Part shown: positions 11,083 through 21,651 of the stretch, in pieces | Layout of the letters: every line of letters starts with the position of its first letter | How positions within the stretch are numbered: position 1 is the first letter of the stretch | Virus record (IMG/VR): IMGVR_UViG_3300021089_000001 | Reading direction: 5' to 3' (one strand) | Origin: an uncultured virus (IMG/VR IMGVR_UViG_3300021089_000001) | Taxonomy: Duplodnaviria; Heunggongvirae; Uroviricota; Caudoviricetes | Length of the DNA: 57,403 nucleotides | Made by a program: the position numbers and the translations under genes | Notes under the pieces: generated by a model | Databases searched by the model: none | What the model saw: only the letters and a program-made list of their open reading frames with translations | What the model was told of the DNA's origin: nothing

Positions 11083-11109
11083 TATGGTGGGGATTAATTC
11101 CCCACTATA
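11083..11109 (+). terminator. Stem-loop downstream of gp32 (terminator or processing site)
   Basis: GTGGGGA-TTAAT-TCCCCAC stem; no strong U tract. Confidence 0.55.
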
Positions 11110-11116
11110 CAATATT

Positions 11117-11215
11117 ATGAAAAAAGAAATTAAAAAGATAATAGACTGGATATTATACAAACAAATACCTGCTTGGATATTGTTATTAGTAATAATAATC
11201 TGGATCTTAATATAG
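11117..11215 (+). CDS. 32-aa membrane microprotein (MKKEIKKIIDWILYKQIPAWILLLVIIIWILI)
   Basis: Hand-translated; fills the gp32-uvsX gap; hydrophobic C-terminus. Confidence 0.5.
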   Translation: MKKEIKKIIDWILYKQIPAWILLLVIIIWILI

Positions 11216-11223
11216 GATAAAAA

Positions 11224-12288
11224 ATGGCAAATAAGGCGTTTGACGTATCAAAATTCAGAAAAAGTATTACAAAAAACATTCAAGGATTAGGCATAGGGTT
11301 CAACGATCCAACAGATTGGATAAGCACAGGAAACTATGCGTTAAATTATTTAACAAGCGGTGATTTTAACAGAGGTATACCTTTAGGAAAAGTAACAGTA
11401 TTAGCAGGTGAACCACAAGCAGGAAAATCTTATATAGCATCAGGTAACATTATTAAGTCAGCACAAGAACAAGGAATTTTTGTAATTTTAATAGATTCAG
11501 AAAATGCTTTAGATGAAAAATGGCTACAAGCACTTAACGTAGATACAGATGATAAGAAACTTTTAAAATTAAGTTTATCCATGATAGATGATGTAGCAAA
11601 AACTATATCAACATTTATGAAAGATTACAAAGAACAATATGCAGAAAATAAAATAGATGCACCAAAAATTTTATTTGTAGTAGATAGTTTAGGTATGTTA
11701 TTAACACCCACTGACGTTGATCAATTTGAAAGGGGTGATATGAAAGGTGATTTAGGTAGAAAAGCAAAATCTTTAACAGCACTTGTAAGAAATTGTGTTA
11801 ATATGTTTGGTAGTTGGAATGTAGGACTTGTTGCAACAAATCATACTTACGCATCACAAGATATGTTTGATCCCGATGATAAAATATCAGGCGGACAAGG
11901 ATTTGTATATGCATCATCTATTGTAATAGCAATGAAAAAATTAAAGTTAAAAGAAGATGAAGACGGTAATAAAATAACAGATGTACGTGGTATTAGAGCG
12001 GCTTGTAAAGTTATGAAAACAAGATTTGCAAAACCGTTTGAGTCGGTACAAGTTAAAATTCCATATGATACAGGCATGGATCCATATAGTGGATTAGTAG
12101 ACTTATTTGAGAAAAAAGGTATTTTAGTCAAATCGGGTAATAGATTAAAGTACGTCGGACCTGACGGAAAAGAGCACTTAGATTATAGAAAAGCATGGAC
12201 CGGAGATAAATTAAAGATGTTAATGGATGATTTTGACCAGATGCAAGATAATCCAACAGCAAAAGAAATTGAAGAAGAAACGGAGTAA
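11224..12288 (+). CDS. uvsX: RecA-like recombinase UvsX
   Basis: ISTGNYALN, Walker A GEPQAGKS, IDSENA, VVDSLG, NHTY, SGG motifs. Confidence 0.93.
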   Translation: MANKAFDVSKFRKSITKNIQGLGIGFNDPTDWISTGNYALNYLTSGDFNRGIPLGKVTVLAGEPQAGKSYIASGNIIKSAQEQGIFVILIDSENALDEKWLQALNVDTDDKKLLKLSLSMIDDVAKTISTFMKDYKEQYAENKIDAPKILFVVDSLGMLLTPTDVDQFERGDMKGDLGRKAKSLTALVRNCVNMFGSWNVGLVATNHTYASQDMFDPDDKISGGQGFVYASSIVIAMKKLKLKEDEDGNKITDVRGIRAACKVMKTRFAKPFESVQVKIPYDTGMDPYSGLVDLFEKKGILVKSGNRLKYVGPDGKEHLDYRKAWTGDKLKMLMDDFDQMQDNPTAKEIEEETE

Positions 12289-12291
12289 TCT

Positions 12292-12525
12292 ATGCTAGAT
12301 TCTAACAAAGTAATAGAACTATGGCAGTTCTTTAAAGAATATCTAGATCAAAAACAAATAGAAGTAATTGCAGAAAAATACGTTGATTTATTAGCAGACT
12401 ACGGAGTTTCAGATGTAGAATTACAAGATGCAATAGGTCATGATGATATTTTAGATGATGCAATAAATTATTATTTAGATGTAGATAATGAGGATAAACA
12501 CGACGACGAATTAGAAGATTATTAA
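12292..12525 (+). CDS. Hypothetical acidic protein
   Basis: 77-aa ORF coupled between uvsX and uvsY-like gene. Confidence 0.6.
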   Translation: MLDSNKVIELWQFFKEYLDQKQIEVIAEKYVDLLADYGVSDVELQDAIGHDDILDDAINYYLDVDNEDKHDDELEDY

Positions 12526-12983
12526 TGTCAAATTGGTATACAAAAATATCTAGAAGTACTGGAGAAATACCTGAAGCTATTAAGTATTTTGAAACTGAAT
12601 TACAAAGTGCAAGAACTGAAATAAAAATTAGAGGTAATGTTGAAAAACAATCAGCAGAATTACCTGGTGTAGTTGAAAATAGATTCCATCAATTACAAGA
12701 AATAGAAGCAATATTAGAATACTTAAATATAGAATTAAGAAGATTAAGAAGCAAATTTTTCAAAAAATATTTAGAAAATTATCAAAGAGCATTGTCTAGT
12801 AGAGACGTAGAAAAATACGTAGATGGTGAACCAGACGTTGTTGACTACGAAAAAATTATTAATGAATTTGCATTATTGCGTAATAAATGGTTAGCAGTAA
12901 CCAAAGGATTAGACCAAAAACAGTGGCAAATAACTAATATAGTTAAGTTAAGAGTTGCTGGTATGGAAGACGCAACCGTTTAA
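12525..12983 (+). CDS. uvsY: Recombination mediator UvsY-like
   Basis: Helical ~150 aa, YVDGEPDV and KGLDQKQWQITNIVKLR C-terminal motif; synteny with uvsX. Confidence 0.7.
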   Translation: MSNWYTKISRSTGEIPEAIKYFETELQSARTEIKIRGNVEKQSAELPGVVENRFHQLQEIEAILEYLNIELRRLRSKFFKKYLENYQRALSSRDVEKYVDGEPDVVDYEKIINEFALLRNKWLAVTKGLDQKQWQITNIVKLRVAGMEDATV

Positions 12984-13027
12984 CACCTTCCACCAAACTT
13001 CCTCCAAATAAATATTACAAAATAACC

Positions 13028-13876
13028 ATGACTGAATTCAAATTGCCAAAATTGGAAGGTGACAAATCATCCGGATCACATATAATTTATTATAGTTGTG
13101 ACCCTAATTATTGGAATGATTACGGAATATACTTGGCTAAAAGCACTACATTTTACAACCCCGATGTGTATTTGCACATACATATTTTATTCAATAACAA
13201 AGTTGAACATATTAATAAACTTAACGATCCAAAAATATCTTATTCTTACGAACTTGTAACTGATAAATTTTTAAATTCATTAAAGTTAACTAGCAACACA
13301 TATTATAGAACAAGAAGTTATGATTTACTACATACAAAAGATGAAAAAATAGTTAAACAAAAAATATATTTTGCTAGTATAAGATTTATTAGAATAAAAG
13401 AACTTTTTAAAAATAGCCAACACGTATTACAACTAGATGCTGATGGACTTTGTCGCAAAAAATTTAATTTAACAGACTTTGAAAAAATTACAAAATTGCC
13501 ATCAGCAATGAGAAAACCAAAAGATCCTAATACATTAATTGCAAGTTGTATAACACCTGGTACAGGAATAGAAAGTTCTAAATTTAAAACTAATTTAGCT
13601 GTACAAATGACTACGGCTTTTGCTGGAGAAATTTATTGGTTCATAGATCAAGTTATATTAAAAAAAGTTTTTAGTAAATTTAAATTTGAATCTATTCCTT
13701 ATCATTGGAATGCTTGGGGTTTTAAACCGGCAGATATATTCAGTACAGCAAAAGGTAAAAAGAAAAACAATTGGAGATACCTGGATGTAAGAGCAAATTG
13801 GTTAGATAAAAAAGCACGAAAAGAATATATTTTAAATTGTACAGAAGGTAGAAAGAGAAACTTACTTAACAAATGA
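13028..13876 (+). CDS. Putative GT-A fold glycosyltransferase
   Basis: LQLDAD DxD motif, WFIDQ; AATAAATA at 13007-13014. Confidence 0.55.
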   Translation: MTEFKLPKLEGDKSSGSHIIYYSCDPNYWNDYGIYLAKSTTFYNPDVYLHIHILFNNKVEHINKLNDPKISYSYELVTDKFLNSLKLTSNTYYRTRSYDLLHTKDEKIVKQKIYFASIRFIRIKELFKNSQHVLQLDADGLCRKKFNLTDFEKITKLPSAMRKPKDPNTLIASCITPGTGIESSKFKTNLAVQMTTAFAGEIYWFIDQVILKKVFSKFKFESIPYHWNAWGFKPADIFSTAKGKKKNNWRYLDVRANWLDKKARKEYILNCTEGRKRNLLNK

Positions 13877-14448
13877 GAACGCAAGGTTACATAATTTATT
13901 TGCCACATCATAAAAATAGTGTCCTATGGAGTGATGAAGCATTAAAATCTGGAAAAAAATATAATTGGAATTTACAATTATTTCCTGGCGTTGATGGCAA
14001 AAAAGAAACTCTTAAAGATTATGGTTTAACAATATATCAAAAAAATAAAAAATGTAAAAGATATATGTCTAGACCAGGCACAGCCGGTTGCTTTTTAAGT
14101 CAATGGCAGTTATGGAATATGTGTTATAATACTAATAAAACTATAGCAATATATGAGCATGATGTAATTTTTAAAAAGCCAATGGAGCAACAATATAAAT
14201 TTAATGATGTAATTAAATTAGAAGGATTTAATAAAGCTAAACCAGTTGCTGGACAGTGGTGGGAAGGTGCAAGAGCATATCTAATTAAACCAAAAGGTGC
14301 TAAAAAAATAATTGATTGGGTTAAACTTAATGGTGCTATGCCGGCAGATTGGATGTTAAATGATGGTATAGTAGATGTTAAATTTGACGTAAACAAGGCA
14401 GTAACATATAAACAAAGAGCATTTAGCTTTACAAAGGATTTAAAATGA
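13873..14448 (+). CDS. Glycosyltransferase family 25-like
   Basis: FPGVDG, GCFLSQWQLW, IYEHDV, AYLIKPKGAKK, PADW. Confidence 0.75.
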   Translation: MRTQGYIIYLPHHKNSVLWSDEALKSGKKYNWNLQLFPGVDGKKETLKDYGLTIYQKNKKCKRYMSRPGTAGCFLSQWQLWNMCYNTNKTIAIYEHDVIFKKPMEQQYKFNDVIKLEGFNKAKPVAGQWWEGARAYLIKPKGAKKIIDWVKLNGAMPADWMLNDGIVDVKFDVNKAVTYKQRAFSFTKDLK

Positions 14449-15224
14449 AACAACTAATATTTCAAGTTGCTGTTGGTAAACAAAATATATTATATGAAAT
14501 TTGTATTAAAAGTGTAGCAAAGTATTGTAAAAAATTTAATATAGATCATATTGTATTAAGAGAACCTAAATTAAAAATTAGACCAGATTTAAATAGAACA
14601 GGACGCAGTAAAGAAGCAGTTGAAAGATTAGGATACCTTCCTATATTTGAAAAAGAAAATGCATTTGAATATTTAAAACCTTATGATCAAGTATGCATTG
14701 TGGATAGTGACATATACATTAAAGATACTGCACCTAATGTATTTGACGAACTACCGCAACAATATGATTTTGGTGGTTGTGTTGAAAGAGAAATGCCTTT
14801 AACTAAAAAATATTTTAACAAAATAAGAAAATATTCTAAAAATGCTTTTCAAAATTTGACAGACGTTGAGTGGGAGTGGACCGATAATGGAGCAAAATTT
14901 ATTAATATGGGTTTAATGTTAATGAACAAAAGTATGTTAAAATACCTAAATAATGAAACGCCAAAACAATTTTTAACACGCCCAGAGTTTAAAGATTTTG
15001 TTGATGGAGTAGGTTTTTACAAATGGTCAACGGATCAAATGTTATTAAATTGGTGGGTTAAAAAATCTCAAATGAATACTAAATTTTTAGATTGGAAATG
15101 GAATGCTTTATATACAGCAGTACACGATCATAAATTAAAAGAAGCATACTTTGTACATTTCTTTTTAAAAGATTTATTACCTAATAAAGGAAACGAGATA
15201 GAAAGATTATTAAAATTAATATGA
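14445..15224 (+). CDS. GT8-like glycosyltransferase
   Basis: VDSDI, INMGLMLMN, TDQMLLN, WKWNAL, FVHFF. Confidence 0.7.
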   Translation: MKQLIFQVAVGKQNILYEICIKSVAKYCKKFNIDHIVLREPKLKIRPDLNRTGRSKEAVERLGYLPIFEKENAFEYLKPYDQVCIVDSDIYIKDTAPNVFDELPQQYDFGGCVEREMPLTKKYFNKIRKYSKNAFQNLTDVEWEWTDNGAKFINMGLMLMNKSMLKYLNNETPKQFLTRPEFKDFVDGVGFYKWSTDQMLLNWWVKKSQMNTKFLDWKWNALYTAVHDHKLKEAYFVHFFLKDLLPNKGNEIERLLKLI

Positions 15225-16000
15225 TACACATAGTAAACAGAATAATGAGTACTAGAATTCCTAACCTACGTTATACAATGCCAGGGTTTGGAGATGCAAT
15301 ACATACAATTCTTTTAGCTCACTTGTATGGTAAAGCACATAACGATCAAGTTACAATGCATTTAGACAAAGACAAATATAATAAAGATAAACCAGGAACT
15401 CTGGCTCAATGTATTTCTTTGTTTCCTAAAAATACAATTTTTGTAGAAGGACACGATAAGTGGTTTAAAGGAGATATAGAGTTTGTAGATTATATTACAA
15501 AGTTAAAAGGAAAATGTATTGGACACTATTATAAAGATTTTCCTAATAGTCATAGAGTACAAAAAGTTGTTGAACCTTTCTTTTGGGCTGATGACTATCT
15601 TAATAATGGCTATCCGTGTTTGTCAGCAGAAGATATGAGTCACGAAATAAAGTTACCTAAAAAGTTTATAACTGTTCAATGGGACGCAGGTTCTAAAAAT
15701 AGAAAATTATCAGGAGAACAAATTAATGAAATACACAATTCTTTTAAAAATAAAGGGTGTGAAATTGTTGTAGTAGGTGGAGAAGCTCAAGGAAAATTAA
15801 GAAGATCATTAAAACATATAGGGTACGCAATGTCAAAAGCAGATTATCATGTAGGTGTAGATAGTGGTTATATGCATTTAGCTCAGCTATATTTTAAACC
15901 AGAAAACATCTACATATATACTAATAAAAAAGGAAAATGGGAACATCATTTATTAAGATTTCATAAAAACGGTTCCAAAGTTAACGAAAAATTTGTATGA
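15221..16000 (+). CDS. GT9-like (GT-B) glycosyltransferase
   Basis: GFGDAI at N-terminus and HVGVDSGYMHLA at C-terminus. Confidence 0.65.
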   Translation: MIHIVNRIMSTRIPNLRYTMPGFGDAIHTILLAHLYGKAHNDQVTMHLDKDKYNKDKPGTLAQCISLFPKNTIFVEGHDKWFKGDIEFVDYITKLKGKCIGHYYKDFPNSHRVQKVVEPFFWADDYLNNGYPCLSAEDMSHEIKLPKKFITVQWDAGSKNRKLSGEQINEIHNSFKNKGCEIVVVGGEAQGKLRRSLKHIGYAMSKADYHVGVDSGYMHLAQLYFKPENIYIYTNKKGKWEHHLLRFHKNGSKVNEKFV

Positions 16001-16497
16001 GTATAGACACAATAAATCATAATGGTAATTCTTTTTATAGATTACAAGCCGAAGGTTTTGCTTCACAATTTGCATTTTCATTTGCAAAAAAACTTTGTAA
16101 AGGTGAAGGATTAGACATTGGTTGTCATAAAAAAGAATGGGCTTTACCTGGAGCTACACCTATAGATAAAATATTTGAAGACGAATGGTATGCAGAAAAT
16201 CTTCCAAACAAAAAATATGATTATATTTTTTCTTCACATTGTTTAGAACATTTAGACGATTGGGTAGGAGCATTAGATTATTGGACTGAACATTTAAAAG
16301 TTGGTGGAGTTATGTTTTTATATTTGCCTCATTATGAACAAACATATTGGCGACCATGGAATAATAGAAAACATATTCATATACTAGAGCCTAAATATTT
16401 AAGAGACTATTTCAAAGCAAGACCTTTTCATAACATATGTGTAACTGATGGATACGATTTAAATTATTCTTTTTACGCTGTAGCGGAGAAAAAGTAA
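15997..16497 (+). CDS. Class I SAM methyltransferase
   Basis: LDIGC, YDYIFSSHCLEHL, LKVGG. Confidence 0.8.
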   Translation: MSIDTINHNGNSFYRLQAEGFASQFAFSFAKKLCKGEGLDIGCHKKEWALPGATPIDKIFEDEWYAENLPNKKYDYIFSSHCLEHLDDWVGALDYWTEHLKVGGVMFLYLPHYEQTYWRPWNNRKHIHILEPKYLRDYFKARPFHNICVTDGYDLNYSFYAVAEKK

Positions 16498-17069
16498 TGA
16501 TGTTTGGTAGAAATCCAGGTACAGATAAAACCTGGATGAGAATTCCTAAAGATAGCATTGGTGCAGAATTAGGTGTATGGCGTGGAGATAGTTCTGCAAA
16601 GTTTCTAAACAATGCAAAACACATACATTTAGTAGATAGTTGGAGTACTATTACATATGAAAACTCAGATGAATTTGGTAATTATCAAGCCTATCTTGAT
16701 AGGTATTCTGTACTTGTAAAGTCTAATAATCCAGAAGATTTTCAAAAATACTATGACAAAATTTATAATAGTGTTGTAGAAAGATTTAAAAATAGTCCTG
16801 TAACAATTTATCGTATGTCAACTAAAGAATGGTTTGAAAGTTTTAAAGAAAAATTAGATTGGATATATGTAGATGCTAGTCATAGCTTTGAAGGATGTTA
16901 TTATGATTTAATAAATGCTGTAAAATTTATTAAGCCAGGTGGACTTTTATTTGGGGATGATTATGGAGATAAAAAACCTAATGTAAAGAAAGCTGTAGAC
17001 AAATTTATTGCAGAAACATCTTATGAATTTAACAATTTTCATTTAGATCAATTTGAGGTTAAGATATAA
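16497..17069 (+). CDS. Class I SAM methyltransferase (Methyltransf_24-like)
   Basis: AELGVWRGDS, WIYVDASHSFE, IKPGGLLFGDDY. Confidence 0.8.
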   Translation: MMFGRNPGTDKTWMRIPKDSIGAELGVWRGDSSAKFLNNAKHIHLVDSWSTITYENSDEFGNYQAYLDRYSVLVKSNNPEDFQKYYDKIYNSVVERFKNSPVTIYRMSTKEWFESFKEKLDWIYVDASHSFEGCYYDLINAVKFIKPGGLLFGDDYGDKKPNVKKAVDKFIAETSYEFNNFHLDQFEVKI

Positions 17070-17638
17070 TGCACCCTACTTCAATGGAAAATATGCGTCT
17101 AGCAAAGACAAAAATACCTGATCTAGGAAACAAAATAACAATAGTAGATGTAGGTGGAAGAGGAACAAAACAAATACCTGTTAGATCTTATCAAAAAGTT
17201 TTTAAAGACATATACAAACATTATTACGTTGCCGATATAAATGAAGGTCCAGGGGTTACTCATGTTATGCCAGCACCATACAAATTGCCATTTAAAAACG
17301 ATTCAATTGATTTAATAGTATCTGGACAAACATTAGAGCACGTAAGAAATCCTTTTAAAATGGTAGCTGAAATGAAAAGAATTTTAAAACCAAACAAATA
17401 TATGATATTAATAGCACCTAGCACAGGACCTAATCATGATGATATAGATTGTTGGCGTTTCATGGCTAACAGTTTTGAATCAATAGCTCAGGAGTGTGAT
17501 ATTAAATTTATTGAATCTTGGATAACAAATGATGCTGTTTGTGATAAAAAAAGTTATAGATTTTCTAGTAGACGACATATTTGGTCAGATCATACATTCA
17601 TAGGACAAAAATATAGAAAGTATCAAATGGGAAAATAA
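17069..17638 (+). CDS. Class I SAM methyltransferase
   Basis: VDVGG, LPFKNDSIDLIVSGQTLEHV, RILKP. Confidence 0.8.
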   Translation: MHPTSMENMRLAKTKIPDLGNKITIVDVGGRGTKQIPVRSYQKVFKDIYKHYYVADINEGPGVTHVMPAPYKLPFKNDSIDLIVSGQTLEHVRNPFKMVAEMKRILKPNKYMILIAPSTGPNHDDIDCWRFMANSFESIAQECDIKFIESWITNDAVCDKKSYRFSSRRHIWSDHTFIGQKYRKYQMGK

Positions 17639-18336
17639 TGGTAATGACAAACAAAGATGCGGCGGAATGGCAAAAACAATTAGACAATTTACAAACGTCT
17701 ACTTTAAAAGAAGTGTTTTTAAAACATAAATGCACTAAAGGTATATTAAGTTATGATGAAATTTATGACGCTGACTTTAAAAAATTAAGAAATAAACCAA
17801 TTAATATATTAGAAATAGGTGTAGATCGCGGACGAAGTATAGCTGTCTGGTTAGATTATTTTCCTAATGCTAAAATTTATGCTATAGATATTTTTGTAAG
17901 AAAGCATGAATCTCATATTGAATCTCTTCAAGACAACAGAGTACAATATTTAAAAATAGACAGCACTGATCCAGATGTATACAATCAAGTTGCACAATGG
18001 AAAACTAAATTTGATATTGTAATAGATGATGGTAAACATACTCCTGAAGCAAATGCATTAACATTTAAAAACATTATTCCTTTTTTAAAACCAAATGGCA
18101 TATATTATATAGAAGATATTTTTCCTATAGACCAAGTAACTAGACCCGAACTTAAAAATTTAGGATTTGGTATTAAAAAATTCTTGAAGAGGCATTTTCG
18201 AAAAACCAATAATGAATTTACACAAGACAAATGGAAAATATTTACTAATGCTCTTAAAGGATATAAAATTGAAAAATTTGATCATAGAAAAAAAAGCAAT
18301 GTATTAAACAGTTACATTTACAAAATTACAAAATGA
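17638..18336 (+). CDS. Sugar O-methyltransferase-like SAM enzyme
   Basis: ILEIGV, FDIVIDDGKH, LKPNGIYYIED. Confidence 0.75.
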   Translation: MVMTNKDAAEWQKQLDNLQTSTLKEVFLKHKCTKGILSYDEIYDADFKKLRNKPINILEIGVDRGRSIAVWLDYFPNAKIYAIDIFVRKHESHIESLQDNRVQYLKIDSTDPDVYNQVAQWKTKFDIVIDDGKHTPEANALTFKNIIPFLKPNGIYYIEDIFPIDQVTRPELKNLGFGIKKFLKRHFRKTNNEFTQDKWKIFTNALKGYKIEKFDHRKKSNVLNSYIYKITK

Positions 18337-19058
18337 AAGCATTTATAATAACAATATTAGATACTGAAACGCCACTAGAATATAATAAGCATATATCAGC
18401 ACCAGTGGCTACGCCACAAAATGAAAATAGTATTGCTTACAGTAATAATGTTATTAAATCTATTAAAGAAACAAATTCTGATTTAGAACCTATTCTTTAT
18501 CCAGCTGTTACTCCTGCTACAATGTGGAACATTAATTGGACATGGCCCTGGCATAAAAAAAGAATTTGTGAAAAAACAAAATTATTATTAAAACCTTATA
18601 AAACATATGATATCAATAAAAGAATTGCCGCGGCAGGTAGCCATTATAACTTATGGAAAAAATGTGTAGAATTAAATGAACCAATAGTAATTTGTGAACA
18701 TGATGCATACTTTACTAGAAAATTTACACCTTTTGATTTTGAAGGAGGTTGTTTAGGATTAAATGATCCTACAAATGCTACACCAAAAGCAGAACTTTTT
18801 CATGACACATTAAAAAATTTAGGTGAAGGAGTACACGATGCACCTTGGGTAATGAAAAAAGAAATACCACAAGGAATGGCAGGCAATAGTGCGTTTGTCA
18901 TAAAGCCATGGGCCGCAAAAGAAATAATTAAAGCACAAGACGAAATTGGTTGGTGGCCTAATGATGCCATAACTTGTAAACAACTTTTTCCATGGATTAA
19001 AGTTGTATATCCATACTATTCTAAAGTACAAAACATCAAATCAACTACGTCATTATAA
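18333..19058 (+). CDS. Glycosyltransferase family 25-like
   Basis: SHYNLWKKC, ICEHDA, AFVIKPWAAK, PND. Confidence 0.7.
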   Translation: MKAFIITILDTETPLEYNKHISAPVATPQNENSIAYSNNVIKSIKETNSDLEPILYPAVTPATMWNINWTWPWHKKRICEKTKLLLKPYKTYDINKRIAAAGSHYNLWKKCVELNEPIVICEHDAYFTRKFTPFDFEGGCLGLNDPTNATPKAELFHDTLKNLGEGVHDAPWVMKKEIPQGMAGNSAFVIKPWAAKEIIKAQDEIGWWPNDAITCKQLFPWIKVVYPYYSKVQNIKSTTSL

Positions 19059-19085
19059 AACTGGGCAATAAATATTGGTAGTACA

Positions 19086-19802
19086 ATGAAAATATTAATA
19101 ACAGGTAATAAAGGTTTTATAGGTTCAGAACTTTCTAAAAGACTAGAAGAAAAAAATCATAAAATTTTTGGTATAGACATTAAAGACGGAAAAAATATAT
19201 TTACGGCAGAATTGCCAGAAGTAGAGTTAGTAATTCATTTAGCCGCTATAGGAGGAGTACGTGAATCAATGTCTGATCCTAAAAGATATTGGGATATGAA
19301 TGTTGAAGGAACTAGAAAAATTTTAGAACATTATCAAAAAACAAGAGTGCTATATGCAGGTTCTAGTTCGCAATATGAACCACATTTAAATCCTTATGCC
19401 GCTACAAAAAATGTAATAGAATACATACCTCATCCTAATTCAGTGTGTATGAGATTTCATACAGTTTATTCTAAAACACCAAGATTTAATATGTTCTTTG
19501 ACAAATTATTAAATGGAAAATTAGAATATGTTACTAATCATAAAAGGGATTTTATTCATGTAGAAGATTTGTGTAGTGCAATATTATGTATTATAGACAA
19601 TCCATTTTTTAAAGGATCACTTGATATAGGTACTGGACAAAATATTAGAATAAAAGATATAGCACCTAATTTACCTGTAAGAGATATAACGCTGGGAGAA
19701 CGAGAAGAAACTTTAGCTGACCTTACTAAAATAAAATCCTTAGGATGGGAACCTAAATGGACAGTACAAAAATTTTTAAAAGAGGAGGGGTTTGATTTAT
19801 GA
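19086..19802 (+). CDS. NAD-dependent epimerase/dehydratase (extended SDR)
   Basis: ITGNKGFIGS, HLAA, YAATK (YxxxK), RDFIHVEDL; AATAAATA at 19067-19074. Confidence 0.88.
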   Translation: MKILITGNKGFIGSELSKRLEEKNHKIFGIDIKDGKNIFTAELPEVELVIHLAAIGGVRESMSDPKRYWDMNVEGTRKILEHYQKTRVLYAGSSSQYEPHLNPYAATKNVIEYIPHPNSVCMRFHTVYSKTPRFNMFFDKLLNGKLEYVTNHKRDFIHVEDLCSAILCIIDNPFFKGSLDIGTGQNIRIKDIAPNLPVRDITLGEREETLADLTKIKSLGWEPKWTVQKFLKEEGFDL

Positions 19803-20149
19803 AAGCAGGAAAAATATGGGGACAAACAGAATTAATACACGCCAATGGCGTATTAGAATTTCATAGAATAGATTTTAAAAAAAATGGAGTTTGTTCTAAA
19901 CATAGACACAAATATAAATGGAATGGCTTTTATGTTGTTTCAGGCAAAATGATTGTAAGGGTTTGGAAAGATGATCAAGGTTTAGTAGATGAAACATTAC
20001 TTAATGCTGGTGATTGGACAAGAATTAAACCTGGAGAATATCATCAATTCGAAGGTGTAGAAGACGGAATTGCATTTGAATTATATTGGGCACAATTTGA
20101 TCATAATGATATAGAAAGAGAAAACGCAGGATTTAAAAAGAATGATTAA
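19799..20149 (+). CDS. Cupin-fold protein (sugar isomerase-like)
   Basis: KIWG, CSKHRH, PGEYHQF. Confidence 0.7.
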   Translation: MKAGKIWGQTELIHANGVLEFHRIDFKKNGVCSKHRHKYKWNGFYVVSGKMIVRVWKDDQGLVDETLLNAGDWTRIKPGEYHQFEGVEDGIAFELYWAQFDHNDIERENAGFKKND

Positions 20150-20819
20150 TATTTTTATAGGATATGATAACAAAGAAAAAGTAGCGTTCAATGTGCTATC
20201 ATATAGTATATTAAAAAATAGTACCAGACCTGTTGCTATTACTCCTGTTAACTTACAAAATATAAAAGACAATTTTACTAGGGAACGAAGTAATATAGAA
20301 TCAACAGAATTTAGTTTTAGTAGATTTATTGTTCCACATTTAATGAATTATAAAGGTTGGGCATTGTTTATGGACTGTGATCAATTAATGTTAACAGATG
20401 TAGCAGAATTATGGAGATTAAGAGATGAAAGATATGCTGTCCAAGTATGTAAACACGATTATATACCAAGAGCTGAACAAAAATTTTTAGGACAAGTACA
20501 AACAAAATATGAAAAGAAAAATTGGTCAAGTTTTATGTTAATGAATTGTGATAAATGTACAGCACTAACACCTGATTATGTTAATAGTGCAACAGGATTA
20601 CAATTACATCAATTTAAATGGTTAGCAGATGAAAATCTAATAGGTGATTTACCTTTAGAATGGAATTGGTTAGTTGGAGAATATCCTCGTAAAGATGATG
20701 TTAAGAACGTTCATTTTACAGAAGGTGGACCTTGGTTTGTAGATTATTTGCAATGTGATTATGCAAATGAATGGCAACAATACTTTGATGAATCTAACAA
20801 AAGAAATTTAATAAAATAG
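20142..20819 (+). CDS. GT-A glycosyltransferase (GT8-related)
   Basis: FIGYD, STEFSFSRF, FMDCD, KNWSSFML, EWNWLVG, HFTEGGPW. Confidence 0.8.
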   Translation: MINIFIGYDNKEKVAFNVLSYSILKNSTRPVAITPVNLQNIKDNFTRERSNIESTEFSFSRFIVPHLMNYKGWALFMDCDQLMLTDVAELWRLRDERYAVQVCKHDYIPRAEQKFLGQVQTKYEKKNWSSFMLMNCDKCTALTPDYVNSATGLQLHQFKWLADENLIGDLPLEWNWLVGEYPRKDDVKNVHFTEGGPWFVDYLQCDYANEWQQYFDESNKRNLIK

Positions 20820-20826
20820 GAATAAT

Positions 20827-21651
20827 ATGAATAAATGGTATGCAGTTGATCACAATGATGCTATCCTAAAAAACTGGATGGCTGGGATTAAACAAGTTAC
20901 AGGCTCACCAGACCCTAGTGAATATGACCATTGGGATAATATTAAAACAACACCTTTAGTTAATTCTATATCTATCAGGGGAATGACTAATCATAAAATT
21001 ATTAATGAATGTTGGAGGACTGGTAGAAGTTTTTATTACGTTGATACAGGATACATAGGTAATAATCAAAAAAGAAAAGAATGGCATAGAGTAATTCGTA
21101 ATAATGTACAACATCAAAAAATAGTAGATGTTCCACCTAATAGACTATTTTCTTTACAATCTTCTCATCCAGAACTTAAATGGAAAGGTTGGAGAACAGA
21201 TGGTGAAGCAATATTACTTGTAACACCTAGTCCCAAACCTTGTAGATTTTATAATGTAGATCGAGACAAGTGGGTACAAGATACTATTGCAACATTACAA
21301 AAACATACTGATAGAAAAATTATTATTAGAGATAAAGTAGAAAGACGTAAAAGAGTTGGTTCAGGTCATATATTTTCTCAAATAAAAAATGACAACATTT
21401 TTGCTTTAGTCACTTATCAATCTATAGGAGCAATAGAAGGAATAATTGCTGGAGTTCCAGCATTTACAGGTGCACCTACTGCCGCTGATCCAGTTAGCAA
21501 TCATGATTTAACAAAAATAGAAAACCCTTGGTATCCAGATGAGGAACAAATTTGGAGATGGCAAAAATGGTTAGCATACTGTCAGTACACTTCGGGTGAA
21601 TTATCAAATGGCAATGCATTAAAAATGTTACAAGAAATGGATTTACAATAA
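20827..21651 (+). CDS. Capsule-biosynthesis-like GT-B protein (paralog 1)
   Basis: WRTDGEAILL, LVTYQS..IEG...GVP, WLAYCQYT.GEL.NG shared with paralogs 2 and 3. Confidence 0.5.
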   Translation: MNKWYAVDHNDAILKNWMAGIKQVTGSPDPSEYDHWDNIKTTPLVNSISIRGMTNHKIINECWRTGRSFYYVDTGYIGNNQKRKEWHRVIRNNVQHQKIVDVPPNRLFSLQSSHPELKWKGWRTDGEAILLVTPSPKPCRFYNVDRDKWVQDTIATLQKHTDRKIIIRDKVERRKRVGSGHIFSQIKNDNIFALVTYQSIGAIEGIIAGVPAFTGAPTAADPVSNHDLTKIENPWYPDEEQIWRWQKWLAYCQYTSGELSNGNALKMLQEMDLQ